From Cenarchaeum sp. (lineage in GTDB: Archaea; Thermoproteota; Nitrososphaeria; Nitrososphaerales; Nitrosopumilaceae), in the NCBI GenBank assembly GCA_965242695.1, contig CBDESU010000002.1:192001-256000 (forward strand): a stretch of DNA of 64,000 bases. Reading direction: 5' to 3'. Below are positions 47,647 through 58,149 of this stretch, one piece after another. A model generated the notes under the pieces. It worked only from the letters and a program-made list of their open reading frames with translations. It was not told the DNA's origin and made no database searches. Both the position numbers and the translations under genes were made by a program. Each line of letters starts with the position of its first letter. Within the stretch, counting starts at the first letter, position 1.

Positions 47647-50361
47647 CTACGGTATCAGCACCGTCTGTATCCTGGTCTCGGCCGGATCGGCGGGCTGCTC
47701 TGGGAACCTGCCGCCCTCGAGCTCGACTGACGCTAGCGCATCGACCGTAGCATGCCCCTCCGTCACCATGCCAAACACCGTGTACTGCCCGTCGAGCCAC
47801 GGCGCATCCCCTAGAACGACAAAGAACTGCGAGCCGGCGCTGTCGATGTCGGCCCCCCTTGCCATCGACACCGCGTACTTTGTGTGCGTCGCCATGCCGC
47901 TGATCTCGGCGGGTATCGCGTAGCCTGGGCCGCCGGCCCCCCACGTCTCGCGCTCGCCCCCTATGGTATTTGGATCCCCGCCCTGCATGACAAACCCGGG
48001 GTTTATCCGGTGGAATATCGTCCCGTCGTAGAAGCCCGCGCTGGCCAGGCTCCTAAAGTTCTCCACCGTGCGCGGCGCAATGTCCGGCCTCAGCTCTATC
48101 GTAAAGTCGCCTGCGGCGGTCCTCACCACGGCAGTCCCGAGCGCCATCCTCTGCTGCTCGGCGATCATCTCCTGCACCTCTTCCATCGTCGGCACGTCCG
48201 GATCGTACTCCTTGTTCACCTCGTACACCAGAACGGCCGTCACCGGCCCCGGCGACTCGCGCCAAAACGTCTCGGACGCGTACGCGAGCCGGAACGGGCC
48301 CGTACCGTCGGGCGGGTACTTCAAGTCCATCGCGTACACGGGCGTGTACCCCGGGACGTACGAGCCGGACTGCTCGTTGGTCATCGGGTTTACGTACGCG
48401 ATGACAGAGTAGGGGATGATCCTGCCGGCCAGGGTGCTGTCCCAAAAGTGGTCAGTCCCCGACAGGCCGTCCACATGCAGGTATTTTTCCACGGGATCGT
48501 CGGCGGCAATCCTCATGAACCACTGCTTCTTGCTCTCGTCGCCGCCCCCGTTGAGCAGGTACGCCCCGACGGGCTCGCTCTGTATCTTTGTCCCCGCCAC
48601 GAATATCAGCACATAGTCGGCCCCCATCTCGTTGAGCCTCTTCCACGCCTCGTCCGGGTCGGCGAGCATCGTCCGCGCGATCTCGCGGATCGCCGACGTG
48701 TCCATCGTCGCGTTGTCGGCAAGCGACGTGCGGTTTCCAAGCGTCGTAATCCAGTACCCGTAGTCCCACCAGGCGGCGACCACGGATCCCTCGGGCGTCT
48801 GCGTCCGCATCCACTCGAGCGAGTCCGGCCAGTCGCCGAACACGGCGCCAAAGTTGGTCCCCCCGTTGAGTATGGTCGGCGGCGCCCGCACGCTGTCGAC
48901 CCAGTTGCCCTGTATGGGGACGACGGTAGGCACGAGAAGCAGGCCGACCACGGCCGAGACGAACGCGATCTTGCCGGCAAGCGGCATGCCGCGCACGTGC
49001 CGCTTTGTGCGCACGTCGGGGCGGAGGGCCTCAGACGCCAGCACTGCAAGCCCTATCGACGAGAGCACGATGACGGCAAGCGATGCGAACAGCTCGAGGC
49101 GGATGAACGTAGAGCTCACGTACGCGCCGGCCACGCCGAATATGAGCGCAAACGCGATCATGTCGGCCGGCAGGCGGATCCTGTACGACCGTATGCGCTC
49201 CCTGTTCGAGAATATCAGCCAGGCGCCGATCCCCGCGAACACCATCAGTATCGACAAAAAGAAGAACGACTGCGCGGTCGTCGTCGTGGCGTGCTCGGCG
49301 ACCGAGTCGACGAGCGGGTCGACCGACCTGAGGAACGGGTTGAGCGCGTTCTGGTACCGGAACGAGGGGAGCGCTATGAACCCCGCCGCGGCGTTGGCGG
49401 CGAGCACGCCGGCGCCGGCTGCGACCGTCCCGCCCAGGAAGATCAGGCCGTTGCGCAGGGCGGCGGCCCTGCGCGAAAAGCGCTGCAGCAGCGACGAGGC
49501 GGCGAGGTACGCGGCCGAGCCGCCGACCAGCACGCCGCCGATCCCCTCGACGAACCCGATCCCCGGCCTCTCAAAGAGCGGCACCGTCCCGAGGAACGCG
49601 ACCGCGAACACTGGCACAGACCACGCAAGGAACGAGTGGTCGCGGCGCAGCAGCGGCAGCGCCAGCAGGAACAGGCACAGGGGCACCACTATGTACTGGA
49701 TGCCGCCCCACGACGCCAGTCCGAACGTGAGCATGACGCCGCCGGCGGCCATGCGGGCCCCGGCGATCGCCCGGCCCCGGGGCGTCCCTCCCCCGTCGCC
49801 TCCCCTAAGCGCGCTCAGGAACAGGTACACGCCGAGCAGGCCGTAGAACAGGCCGACCGGCTCGGACTTGAACCAGCCGATCGTCCCCCTCACTATCACG
49901 GGCACGGACACGGCAAAGAGCAGGGACGCGAACAGGCCGGCCGTCGTCCCGCCGATCACCCTGACCAGCGCGAACACGACGACCGCCGTCAGCGAGCCGA
50001 ACACGGCGGGCACCAGTATCGTAAAGTCGTACAGGGGCATTCCGCCGCCAAAGGCGGCGTACGTGTAGGCGGCCGTAATGTGGAGCATGGTCTGCGAGGT
50101 AGCCGAGATGTCGCGGCCGTTGGGGAACCAGCTCATCGTGTCGTGCCAGTCCAGGTACGCCGGCAGGCCGTGGTCCACGAGGTACTCGGTGGCGCGGTAG
50201 TTGAAGAACGGGTCGAACTCGTTGAGCTCGTACCCAAACTCGGCAGGCTGCGCCCGTATCAGGAACGAGACGGAGAATGCGGCGGCGAGCACACCGACGA
50301 CGAGCAGGTGGTGCAGGCGCAGCTCGAACCGGCCCACGGTCGCCAGGCGGGCGTTGGACAT
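47647..50361 (-). CDS. aglB: Oligosaccharyltransferase AglB/STT3 fused to a C-terminal cyclophilin PPIase
   Basis: EFDPFFNYR, SVAEH, WWDYGYW, ADNAT and GGDESK motifs, then FYDGTIFHR..PGFVMQGGD, SMAR, AGSQFF and WLDGQYTVFG. Confidence 0.93.
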   Translation of the reverse strand: MSNARLATVGRFELRLHHLLVVGVLAAAFSVSFLIRAQPAEFGYELNEFDPFFNYRATEYLVDHGLPAYLDWHDTMSWFPNGRDISATSQTMLHITAAYTYAAFGGGMPLYDFTILVPAVFGSLTAVVVFALVRVIGGTTAGLFASLLFAVSVPVIVRGTIGWFKSEPVGLFYGLLGVYLFLSALRGGDGGGTPRGRAIAGARMAAGGVMLTFGLASWGGIQYIVVPLCLFLLALPLLRRDHSFLAWSVPVFAVAFLGTVPLFERPGIGFVEGIGGVLVGGSAAYLAASSLLQRFSRRAAALRNGLIFLGGTVAAGAGVLAANAAAGFIALPSFRYQNALNPFLRSVDPLVDSVAEHATTTTAQSFFFLSILMVFAGIGAWLIFSNRERIRSYRIRLPADMIAFALIFGVAGAYVSSTFIRLELFASLAVIVLSSIGLAVLASEALRPDVRTKRHVRGMPLAGKIAFVSAVVGLLLVPTVVPIQGNWVDSVRAPPTILNGGTNFGAVFGDWPDSLEWMRTQTPEGSVVAAWWDYGYWITTLGNRTSLADNATMDTSAIREIARTMLADPDEAWKRLNEMGADYVLIFVAGTKIQSEPVGAYLLNGGGDESKKQWFMRIAADDPVEKYLHVDGLSGTDHFWDSTLAGRIIPYSVIAYVNPMTNEQSGSYVPGYTPVYAMDLKYPPDGTGPFRLAYASETFWRESPGPVTAVLVYEVNKEYDPDVPTMEEVQEMIAEQQRMALGTAVVRTAAGDFTIELRPDIAPRTVENFRSLASAGFYDGTIFHRINPGFVMQGGDPNTIGGERETWGAGGPGYAIPAEISGMATHTKYAVSMARGADIDSAGSQFFVVLGDAPWLDGQYTVFGMVTEGHATVDALASVELEGGRFPEQPADPAETRIQTVLIP

Positions 50362-50652
50362 CAAGCGAGCGGCGCGGGCGGCGCGGCGCATATTACCTTT
50401 TGTGGGGCGCGGGCCGCGGCTGCGCATGGGTCTGGACGGCATCCAGGCCGCGGCGTCTCCCTGTCGGCGGGCGGGGCGATCGCGGGCAGGGGGCGCCGCC
50501 CCTTGTCCGGCCCGCCCCCTCCCGCCGAGGGACGGGGGCGCCCTTCCCTCCCGGCCCGCGGCAGGCCGCGTGCGCGATGCGCCCCGGGGCCGCATCCGCG
50601 GCCCGGCACTGCGCCGGAAAGATTATTGAAGACGGGGCGCGGGCCGCCCCCG

Positions 50653-51708
50653 TTGAGGGTATGGTTCGACATTCTCACGCCCAAGCAGGTCGTCTTCTTC
50701 GAGCCCATGGTGCGCAGGCTTAGAAGGGGCGGCCACAGGGTGCTGTGCACGTCGCGCTCGTACAGGGAGGCGACCGAGCTGGCCAGGGTGCGCCGCTTCC
50801 CCACCGTGCAGATCGGCAGGCACGGCGGGGGCACCCGGGGCGGCAAGCTTGCGGCCGGCGCGCGGCGCATCAAGGAGCTGGTTCCGGCCGCGTCCAGGTT
50901 CAGCCCCGACCTTGCGGTCAGCTTTTGCTCGCCCGACGCGGCGTTCGCCGCGCACGGCCTCGGAATCGACCACATTGCGTTCATCGACGCGCCGCACTCG
51001 CACAAGGTCCTCAGCCTCACCGCGCCGCTCGTCGCAAAGCTCCTCGTGCCGTGGATCGTGCCCAGGGCGGCCATCGCGCGGCACGGCATGCCGCGCGCGG
51101 ATGTCGTCCAGTACAGGTCGATAGACGGCGCCATAACGGCAAAGAGGCCTGCTGCGCGCGGGGGCGGCCGCCTCCCCGTCGATCCGTCAAAAAGGACGAT
51201 ACTCGTCAGGCCCACCGAGACGCAGGCGTCGTACACCGACGGCTCGAACGTCGCCGACGGCGCCATCAGGGCCCTGGCCGGGGCGTTTCCCTCCGAGAAC
51301 ATACTCGTGCTGTCCCGGTACGCCGAGCAGACCAGGCGGATCAGGTCCATGTTCGGCAGCGCCGTCACCGTAACCGGCATGGCGCACGACGGAAGGCACC
51401 TGCTCGACAACTGCGACGTGTTCGTCGGGTCGGGCGGGACGATGACGGCCGAGGCGGCCCTGTCGGGCGTCCCGACCGTGTCCTACAACGGCGTCCCCAA
51501 CGTCATCGAGCGGTACCTTGTGCGCAGGCGCCTTGCAAGCAGGGAGACGACCGAGCGGGGCATACGGCGGCGCGTGGCGGGCATGCTCGCCGCCGGCGCG
51601 GCCGGAAAGAGGGCCGCCGCGGCGCGGGCCCGCAGCGAGGTGGCATCCATGGAGGACCCGTTCGACTGCCTTGCAAGGGCGGCGGCATCCATCGGCAGGC
51701 CGCTGTAG
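50653..51708 (+). CDS. DUF354 (GT-B fold) protein
   Basis: RVWFDILTPKQ, IGRHGG, PDLAVSFCSP, GSGGTMTAEAALSGVPTVS and MEDP motifs. Confidence 0.88.
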   Translation: MRVWFDILTPKQVVFFEPMVRRLRRGGHRVLCTSRSYREATELARVRRFPTVQIGRHGGGTRGGKLAAGARRIKELVPAASRFSPDLAVSFCSPDAAFAAHGLGIDHIAFIDAPHSHKVLSLTAPLVAKLLVPWIVPRAAIARHGMPRADVVQYRSIDGAITAKRPAARGGGRLPVDPSKRTILVRPTETQASYTDGSNVADGAIRALAGAFPSENILVLSRYAEQTRRIRSMFGSAVTVTGMAHDGRHLLDNCDVFVGSGGTMTAEAALSGVPTVSYNGVPNVIERYLVRRRLASRETTERGIRRRVAGMLAAGAAGKRAAAARARSEVASMEDPFDCLARAAASIGRPL

Positions 51709-51771
51709 GCCGCGCGGGCGCGGGCCGCGGCGCAAAAGAACAGTTATTGAGACTCTTGGCGGGGCGGCCCC

Positions 51772-53262
51772 GTGGCAGGAGGCGGCGATGCGGGCGGGAC
51801 GGCCCTTGCGGCGACGCTAGAGGCCGTGCGGGCCGGCCGGTACGCCGTCGAGGTGTACGGCCTCGGGTACGTCGGGCTCCCCCTTGCCGTCCGCCTCGCC
51901 AGCGGCGGCGGCGTGCGCGTGGCCGGAATCGACGTCGATGCGGGCCGCGTCGAGAGGCTGCGCGCCGGGCGCCTGATGAGCTCCGAGGCGCACCTGGCCG
52001 GCGAGTTCGGCAGGGCCGTCGAGTCGGGGCTCCTCTCCGTCGGGGGCGGCCCCCCTCCGAACGCCGTCGTCCCCCGAATCGGCATCATCTGCGTCCCGAC
52101 CCCGCTGCCCGGCGGGCCCGAGCCGTCGTCGGCGAGGGTCATGGCGGCGGCCGAGGCGTTTGTCGGCGCCGGCTCTGGGCCCGGCGATGTCGTCATTATA
52201 GAGAGCAGCGTCGGCAGCGGCACGACCGACACGGTGCGCCGCATGATCGAGTCGCGCGGCCTGGCCGTCGGCAGGGACTGCGGGCTGGCGTTCTGCCCCG
52301 AGAGGATAGACCCCGCAAACAAGAGGTGGGGCCTGGAGAACATACCGCGCGTCGCGTACTGCTCGGACGACCTGACGTACGGCATCGCAAGCGAGGTGTA
52401 CAGGCGCGTCAACAGCGCGAGCCTGTTTCGGGTAAGCTCGGCCGCCGCCGCCGAGGTCGTAAAGTCGTACGAGAACGCGTTCCGCCTCGTCAACATATCG
52501 CTGGTCAACGAGCTGGCCGTCCTGTGCGACGCGCTCGGCATAGACTCGCGCGAGGTCATCGCGGCGGCGGCCACCAAGCCGTTCGGGTTCATGCCGTTCG
52601 CGCCGGGCGCCGGCGCCGGCGGCCACTGCATACCAAAGGACCCGAGGTTCCTGTCCGAGGCGGCAAGGGAGTCGTCGGGCGGCCGGCCGTTCACGACAAT
52701 CGACAACGCCCTTGCGACCAACGCCGCAATGCCCGAGTACGTGTGCGGGCGCATACTCGGCAGGGTCGAGTCGATGGGGCTGGCCAGGACGGCCATGGTA
52801 TGCGGCATGGCCTACAAGGCCGACGTCGAGGACATGCGGGACTCGCCGGGCTTTCGCATCGCGGCGGGCCTGGCCGGCCTCGGCTTCAAGGTGCGCACGT
52901 TCGATCCCTACTACGACGAGGCGCTGCAGCCCAGGTACCTCCTCGAGAACGGCATGGGCGGCGGCCCGGCGCGGTTCAGGGCCGCCGGCGAGCTGAGCGC
53001 GGCCACGCTGCGCGGAACGAGCTGCCTGTGCATAGTCCAGCACCACGCCAGGGCGCGCCGGCAGGTCGAGGAGGCGTACGCGGCCTCGCTCGTCCCCGTC
53101 GTATACGACTGCCAGAACAGGCTCATGCCGGTCGCCGGAAGCCGCTCCATCCTCGACAGGCTCGGCGCGCCGGCGGCGGGGGAGGGTGGAGGCGGGAACG
53201 GGGCCGCGGAAGGCCCGGCCGGCAATACGGTTATTGCCCGCGGAGGCGGCGGCGCCGCATGA
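51772..53262 (+). CDS. Nucleotide-sugar 6-dehydrogenase (WbpA/WecC-like)
   Basis: GLGYVGLPLA, ICVPTP, ESS, FCPERIDP, K.YEN.FR.VNI.LVNE, GGHCIPKDP and AYK.DV.D.R.SP motifs. Confidence 0.93.
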   Translation: MAGGGDAGGTALAATLEAVRAGRYAVEVYGLGYVGLPLAVRLASGGGVRVAGIDVDAGRVERLRAGRLMSSEAHLAGEFGRAVESGLLSVGGGPPPNAVVPRIGIICVPTPLPGGPEPSSARVMAAAEAFVGAGSGPGDVVIIESSVGSGTTDTVRRMIESRGLAVGRDCGLAFCPERIDPANKRWGLENIPRVAYCSDDLTYGIASEVYRRVNSASLFRVSSAAAAEVVKSYENAFRLVNISLVNELAVLCDALGIDSREVIAAAATKPFGFMPFAPGAGAGGHCIPKDPRFLSEAARESSGGRPFTTIDNALATNAAMPEYVCGRILGRVESMGLARTAMVCGMAYKADVEDMRDSPGFRIAAGLAGLGFKVRTFDPYYDEALQPRYLLENGMGGGPARFRAAGELSAATLRGTSCLCIVQHHARARRQVEEAYAASLVPVVYDCQNRLMPVAGSRSILDRLGAPAAGEGGGGNGAAEGPAGNTVIARGGGGAA

Positions 53263-54401
53263 GGGTCTGGTTCGACGCGCCGGCGGCCAGGGACCTGCTC
53301 TTCCTCGAGGGCGCCGTCTCGAGGGTCGCCCGCCGGCACGAGACGCTGCTCACGACGTCCGGCGATCCGACCGCGCTTGCCTTGTCCCGCGCGCGGCGGC
53401 TGGGGGCGCGGCGGGCCGGCGGGCCGGCTGCGGCTGCGGCTGCGGCCCATTCCCCGGCAGGCCGCGCCGGGGACGGGAAGGGGAGTGCGGCGGCCAAGAG
53501 GAGGGCCAGGCTCGATGCAAGGGTGTCAAGGCTCGGCCCCTTGGCTCGCCTGGCGTCCGGCTTTTCCCCCGACCTTGCCGTGAGCGTCTCGTCGGCAGAG
53601 GCGGCCCGCGCGGCCTTTGGCCTTGCCGTTCCCCATGTCGCGTTCGGCATGGACGAGCCGGGCGACGACGAGCTTGCCAGGCTGACGGCGCCGCTGGTCC
53701 AAAAGATGATCATACCGCGGCATGCCCCCGCCGCGCCGCTCGTCCGGCGCGGGCTGGCCGCGGCCGACATCGTGCGGTTCAGGGGGACGATCGCCTCGGC
53801 AACGGCGCGGCGCAAGCCGGCGCCTGCGGAGGGCGGGGCGAAGCGGCGGCTGCAGCAGAGGGCGGTCTCGGCCGCGGAGGGATACGTCCTTGCCAGGCCT
53901 CCCGCCGGCGGGGGCGCCGCATGGGCAAAGGAGGTCGCCGAGGCCGTCCTTGGAGGGCGCCGCCTGGCCATGGTCGCCGTCCTGCCGAGGCCCGGGCAGG
54001 CAAGGGGCCTTAGGTCCTCGCTCGGCATTGCAGCAAGGGTCATCGCCGGCGGGGTGCACGACGGCATGCCCCTGCTCGGCGCATGCCGCGCCTTTGTCGG
54101 GGCGGCCGGATCGACCATGGCATTCGAGGCGGCCCTGCGCGGCGTGCCGGCCGTCGCGTACGGGCCTGACGCGGGCGGGGCCCGCGCGGATGCCACCGGC
54201 GAGTCGCGCCTTGTGCGGCTTCGCCTGCTGTCCAGGGCCAGCACGGCGGCGGGCCTGCGAGCCAGGATCGGGGCCCTGCTGTCCGCTGGTCCCGGCGCGC
54301 GGGCAAGGGCCAGGGCCAGGGCCAGGGCCGAGCTGTCGTCCATGGAAGAGCCGTTCGCGGCGCTGTCAAGGGCAGCGCGGGCGGCCGGGGCAAGGCTGTA
54401 G
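53259..54401 (+). CDS. Divergent DUF354 paralog
   Basis: MRVWFDA, FSPDLAVS, GSTMAFEAALRGVPAV and MEEPF; extremely Ala/Arg/Gly-rich. Confidence 0.7.
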   Translation: MRVWFDAPAARDLLFLEGAVSRVARRHETLLTTSGDPTALALSRARRLGARRAGGPAAAAAAAHSPAGRAGDGKGSAAAKRRARLDARVSRLGPLARLASGFSPDLAVSVSSAEAARAAFGLAVPHVAFGMDEPGDDELARLTAPLVQKMIIPRHAPAAPLVRRGLAAADIVRFRGTIASATARRKPAPAEGGAKRRLQQRAVSAAEGYVLARPPAGGGAAWAKEVAEAVLGGRRLAMVAVLPRPGQARGLRSSLGIAARVIAGGVHDGMPLLGACRAFVGAAGSTMAFEAALRGVPAVAYGPDAGGARADATGESRLVRLRLLSRASTAAGLRARIGALLSAGPGARARARARARAELSSMEEPFAALSRAARAAGARL

Positions 54402-54622
54402 GGGCTCTCCCGCCCGCTCGGTTGCGGCATACTTCACACTGCCGAGGCCGGCGCGGGGAGTGGAAGTAGGCGCGCGGCGGCTGCGAAGTCCTCCCTGCGC
54501 GCCTCATGACATGGATGCGCTAGGGCAGTGGTGCCGCGCGCGGAGCCGCGGGCCGATCCGTGATGCGGAGCCATGCAAGCCCCAAGTGCAGGTCAAGGCC
54601 TTTTTCACAGGCGAGGGAACTG

Positions 54623-56410
54623 TCATGCGCTCTGTACGCCAAGTATCTCGCACAGCCTTGTCCCAAACGGATCTCGGCCTCCCATGTACTTGCGCCATCT
54701 TTCCCTTCGCCGGTACAGGCTCGGCAGCTTGTTCTCCTTGCGAAGCGGATCGCGCAAATAGTACATCTTCTGCTCGCTGAGGGGCTTGTCGGCATGGTCT
54801 CCTATGACTTCCGTAATTTCGTCCGCAATCCAGATGACAAGATCCATCAGCTCGTCGTCCATCTTGTCCATGACGTCGGCGTCGTACCTGATCGCATTGT
54901 CGATGATTGCGTCCACAACGGCGTTTTTTGTGTTTGTATCCATCGAGCCGAGTATTCGGCCAACTAGTCCTATCACGTAGTACCGCCCAATTTTGTACCT
55001 CAGCAGAAACCGGGCGTTTTTCTCGTCTTTGCCGACGCCGATGCCCTCCCCAATCCGTCTCTTGATTCTGCCAAGCAGGTGGTCAAAGACGCTAGGCACG
55101 ATGAAATCTTTCGGACCCGCATCCTCGTAGAGGCCGATGAACGGCTGCGACTTATCCGGGTCTTTCGGATCAAACGTGAATATCTTTGACGCCGACAGCT
55201 GCATTGACAAATCGGGGCTTCCCGTGTATGCCAGCTTTAGCCGGGCCGCGTCCACATTTCTGATCAGGTACAGTGCTTGCCTGGTTCTAGGGCGCTCGGT
55301 CCAGGTCAGCCACAGCCCCCTCTTCCGCTCGAAGAAGAACTTGTCGTAGTCTTTGAACCGCTCCTCGAGCTTTTTCAGGTACGGATGGTTGGATTGCATG
55401 TCCGGGTCTTTTATGACATTCTGGTGGTTTGTGCACCTGCTTATGTTTTCGCTAAATTCTGTGTCGCTCGTTTCCGACAGGCGAATCACCAGTCCCGCTC
55501 TCGGATCAACGTCGTCCATGTTGGCTATGGTTGTGATGGTCTGGCATCCATTGACTATCTTCAGGTTGTCTATCCACGCAATGCCGGTCTCCTTGTTGTA
55601 TTCAAAACGCTCGCATATTGCGCTAATGCCGTTGTTGTAGTGCCAGAGTCTTGCAGGCTCGGACTCTACAGTTTCCTTGATTTTTTTGGAAACAACGGAC
55701 TTCGAACCCAGGGACGATCGTGGGTTTAGGGAAAAAAGTGTCGGGACGCCGACAGATTTGCACACCTCCTTCAGCTCGGAAGCCGGCACGGTGGCGACCA
55801 TTCTTTTCACCTGCGTACCGGCTGCTGCGCCCACAAAGCACTCTCCTTTGATCAAGCGCAGCTCGCGTGGAGGGGTTTTTGGGTTACCCACATAGGCAAT
55901 CAGATCCCCGATTTCGAGGAATTCGAATGTTGTATCGCTGGGCATGTTCTGGTCCACCGACGGTGTGATGCTTTTCGCAGATTCGGACAGGGTCGCAGTT
56001 GTGACAAAAAGCAGTCGCGTCGAATATTTTTGCTCAACTAGACTCTTATACCGTTTTTGCTGCTCCTGAAAGCGTGAACTGCAGTCGCCGGTATTGGACA
56101 GCAGCTTCTTCGGAATCGCGTAAAAGTCAAGGACTGCTTTTGGCTCCACTTTGGACGACCTGTCTTCGCTGAATTTTGCCTGTATGATTGTGACTGTTTT
56201 GTTCGCGCAGTCCACATGGAAATAGTCTATTCCCCCGTCGGCCCCCATGGCGTCTTCCAGCGCGTCGTTCACATCCTTGTCTTCGACTCCCAGCACGTTT
56301 GAGGCAGACCAGTGTTGGAAGGCCCGGTCGAGATCGCGGTATGTATAATCGTCCCGAATGTGCTTTACTTCCTCCACAAGCACGTGCCGCAGCTCTTCTT
56401 CCCTGTCCAT
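54623..56410 (-). CDS. AIPR-family (abortive infection phage resistance) protein
   Basis: DGGID, IIQAKF, LFSLNPRSSLG, IKET...P..LWHYNNGIS, IVNGCQT and TNHQN motifs. Low GC. Confidence 0.9.
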   Translation of the reverse strand: MDREEELRHVLVEEVKHIRDDYTYRDLDRAFQHWSASNVLGVEDKDVNDALEDAMGADGGIDYFHVDCANKTVTIIQAKFSEDRSSKVEPKAVLDFYAIPKKLLSNTGDCSSRFQEQQKRYKSLVEQKYSTRLLFVTTATLSESAKSITPSVDQNMPSDTTFEFLEIGDLIAYVGNPKTPPRELRLIKGECFVGAAAGTQVKRMVATVPASELKEVCKSVGVPTLFSLNPRSSLGSKSVVSKKIKETVESEPARLWHYNNGISAICERFEYNKETGIAWIDNLKIVNGCQTITTIANMDDVDPRAGLVIRLSETSDTEFSENISRCTNHQNVIKDPDMQSNHPYLKKLEERFKDYDKFFFERKRGLWLTWTERPRTRQALYLIRNVDAARLKLAYTGSPDLSMQLSASKIFTFDPKDPDKSQPFIGLYEDAGPKDFIVPSVFDHLLGRIKRRIGEGIGVGKDEKNARFLLRYKIGRYYVIGLVGRILGSMDTNTKNAVVDAIIDNAIRYDADVMDKMDDELMDLVIWIADEITEVIGDHADKPLSEQKMYYLRDPLRKENKLPSLYRRRERWRKYMGGRDPFGTRLCEILGVQSA

Positions 56411-57227
56411 TCAGCATGCGGATTTCCTTAATGTATATCAATGTGTCGGTATGCGTGCACCTGCGTCGCTGATTGCACATTTGAACGGTGTTGATCGCCT
56501 CCCAATGCGCAGTGTCAAATTAGAACGTGCGTCCAATTGTGCGCTTGCGCGCGTCGGTGCGCATCAAGCATGCGTAAGCCGCCGCGCAAGTGCAGTGGCG
56601 ATCGCATTGCTCGTAGCATGCTCCGCATCCCGCAAAGGAAAAAGCCGAGGCTCCCACGACAGCGCCTGCCGGCTGTCACTGGGCGGATCGCCCTGCTCAA
56701 GCGCCGCGCGGGGGGCGTGTCGGCCGAGGCGGTCCAAAACTTGCACGTGCAGAGCCATAGAATTGCCGGTGCTCGCATGCTTGGGGGCGCCGCCGCCAGC
56801 GATCGCCCGCGGATACGCCCACTGCCTGCGGGCGTCCGTCGAGGGCCGCTCAAGCAGGGCGGCCGCAGCCAGGAAGCTGCAAGCGGCGACCACGTGCCGC
56901 TTGCCCCGCCGCGTCCCGCTGTCTGTTCCCACACCCCGCCCACCCCTCCCCCCGCAGGGAGCCTGCGCAGGGGCACTCTCCTGCGCGCATGCTCGGGCCT
57001 CTTGACGGCACTCGCCGGCGCAGGGCGCTGAGCCGCAGTGCCGGGGCGGGCAGAGCGGCCGTGGGCGCCATTGTCGGTGGCAGCAACGGCCGGTGCCGAA
57101 TGCGCCAAGGCCAGTGGCGCAACGCAGCTTCGAGCCCTCCCCCAGGCCCAGTTCGGGCCGCATCAACGGCAGGCGCTGGAAGGACAGGGGGCGCAACGCA
57201 CAAAAGCCGGCGGGCGCGGGCGGCGGC

Positions 57228-58040
57228 ATGGCGGGCGGCGATGCACGGGTAGCAGACGGCGCCGTCCTGCGCGGCGACGTGCGGCTCGGCCGCGGCGCGC
57301 GCATAGGCCACGGCTGCATCCTAGAGGGAGACATCGCGGTGGGCGACGGCACGCGCATAGACGACTACTGCACCGTGCGCGGGCGCGTCGAGATCGGCCC
57401 GGGCAACTGGATATACCCATACTGCACCATAGGGACGGGCCCGCAGCACTCGGCGCACCTGGAGGATCCCGAGGCCGATCCCGCCGAGAGCCCCGCGCGC
57501 GGCAGCATAACAATCGGGTCGGGCAACATCATACGCGAGTACAGCACCGTCCACCTTCCCGCCGTCGATGAGAGCACCTCGATCGGCTCGCGCTGCCACG
57601 TGCTGTCGTACTCGCACATAGCGCACGACTGCGCCGTCGGCGACTCCGTCACCATGGCCAACGGGACCACGCTCGGCGGCCACTCGAGCGTCGAGGGCGG
57701 GGCCAACCTCGGCTTCAACGTGTCGGTCCACCCGTACTGCCGGATAGGCGCGTACGCCATGGTCGCAATGATGATGCCCGTCGTCAAGGACGTGCTGCCG
57801 TACGCGCTGGTCAACCGCCAGAGGCTTGCCGGCGTCAACGAGGAGGGCATGAAGAGGGCCGGCATGACGGCGTCCGACATGGCCGACGTCAGGGCCGCGT
57901 ACGGGAGGCTCGGCCTGCAGGGCGGCGGTGGGGGCAGGTTCGACGACGAGCTGCGGCGGTTCGTCAAGGCATCCAAGAGGGGCTGCTACCTGCCGGAGAT
58001 CGTGGGCGGCGCCGAGGGCGGCTCGTCGGACGAGCCGTAG
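57228..58040 (+). CDS. LpxA-like hexapeptide-repeat acyltransferase
   Basis: Hexapeptide repeats, IG..PQ, N.IREYSTVH, HIAHDC, LGGH, VKDV.PY and GVN..G.KR motifs. Confidence 0.85.
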   Translation: MAGGDARVADGAVLRGDVRLGRGARIGHGCILEGDIAVGDGTRIDDYCTVRGRVEIGPGNWIYPYCTIGTGPQHSAHLEDPEADPAESPARGSITIGSGNIIREYSTVHLPAVDESTSIGSRCHVLSYSHIAHDCAVGDSVTMANGTTLGGHSSVEGGANLGFNVSVHPYCRIGAYAMVAMMMPVVKDVLPYALVNRQRLAGVNEEGMKRAGMTASDMADVRAAYGRLGLQGGGGGRFDDELRRFVKASKRGCYLPEIVGGAEGGSSDEP

Positions 58041-58149
58041 GACTAGCCGGCGCGTCTGCGGCCCTGCAGGGTCCGGGTCCCGGGCCCGCGCGCCGTACGC
58101 AGGCGCATGCGCTTTGGCGGGCAGTGCCGCAGACGGGTGCAATGCCGCA

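Noticed and set aside
56530-57000. Possible IS630-like HTH remnant
   Set aside because: Resemblance too faint; no DDE motif or terminal repeats found.
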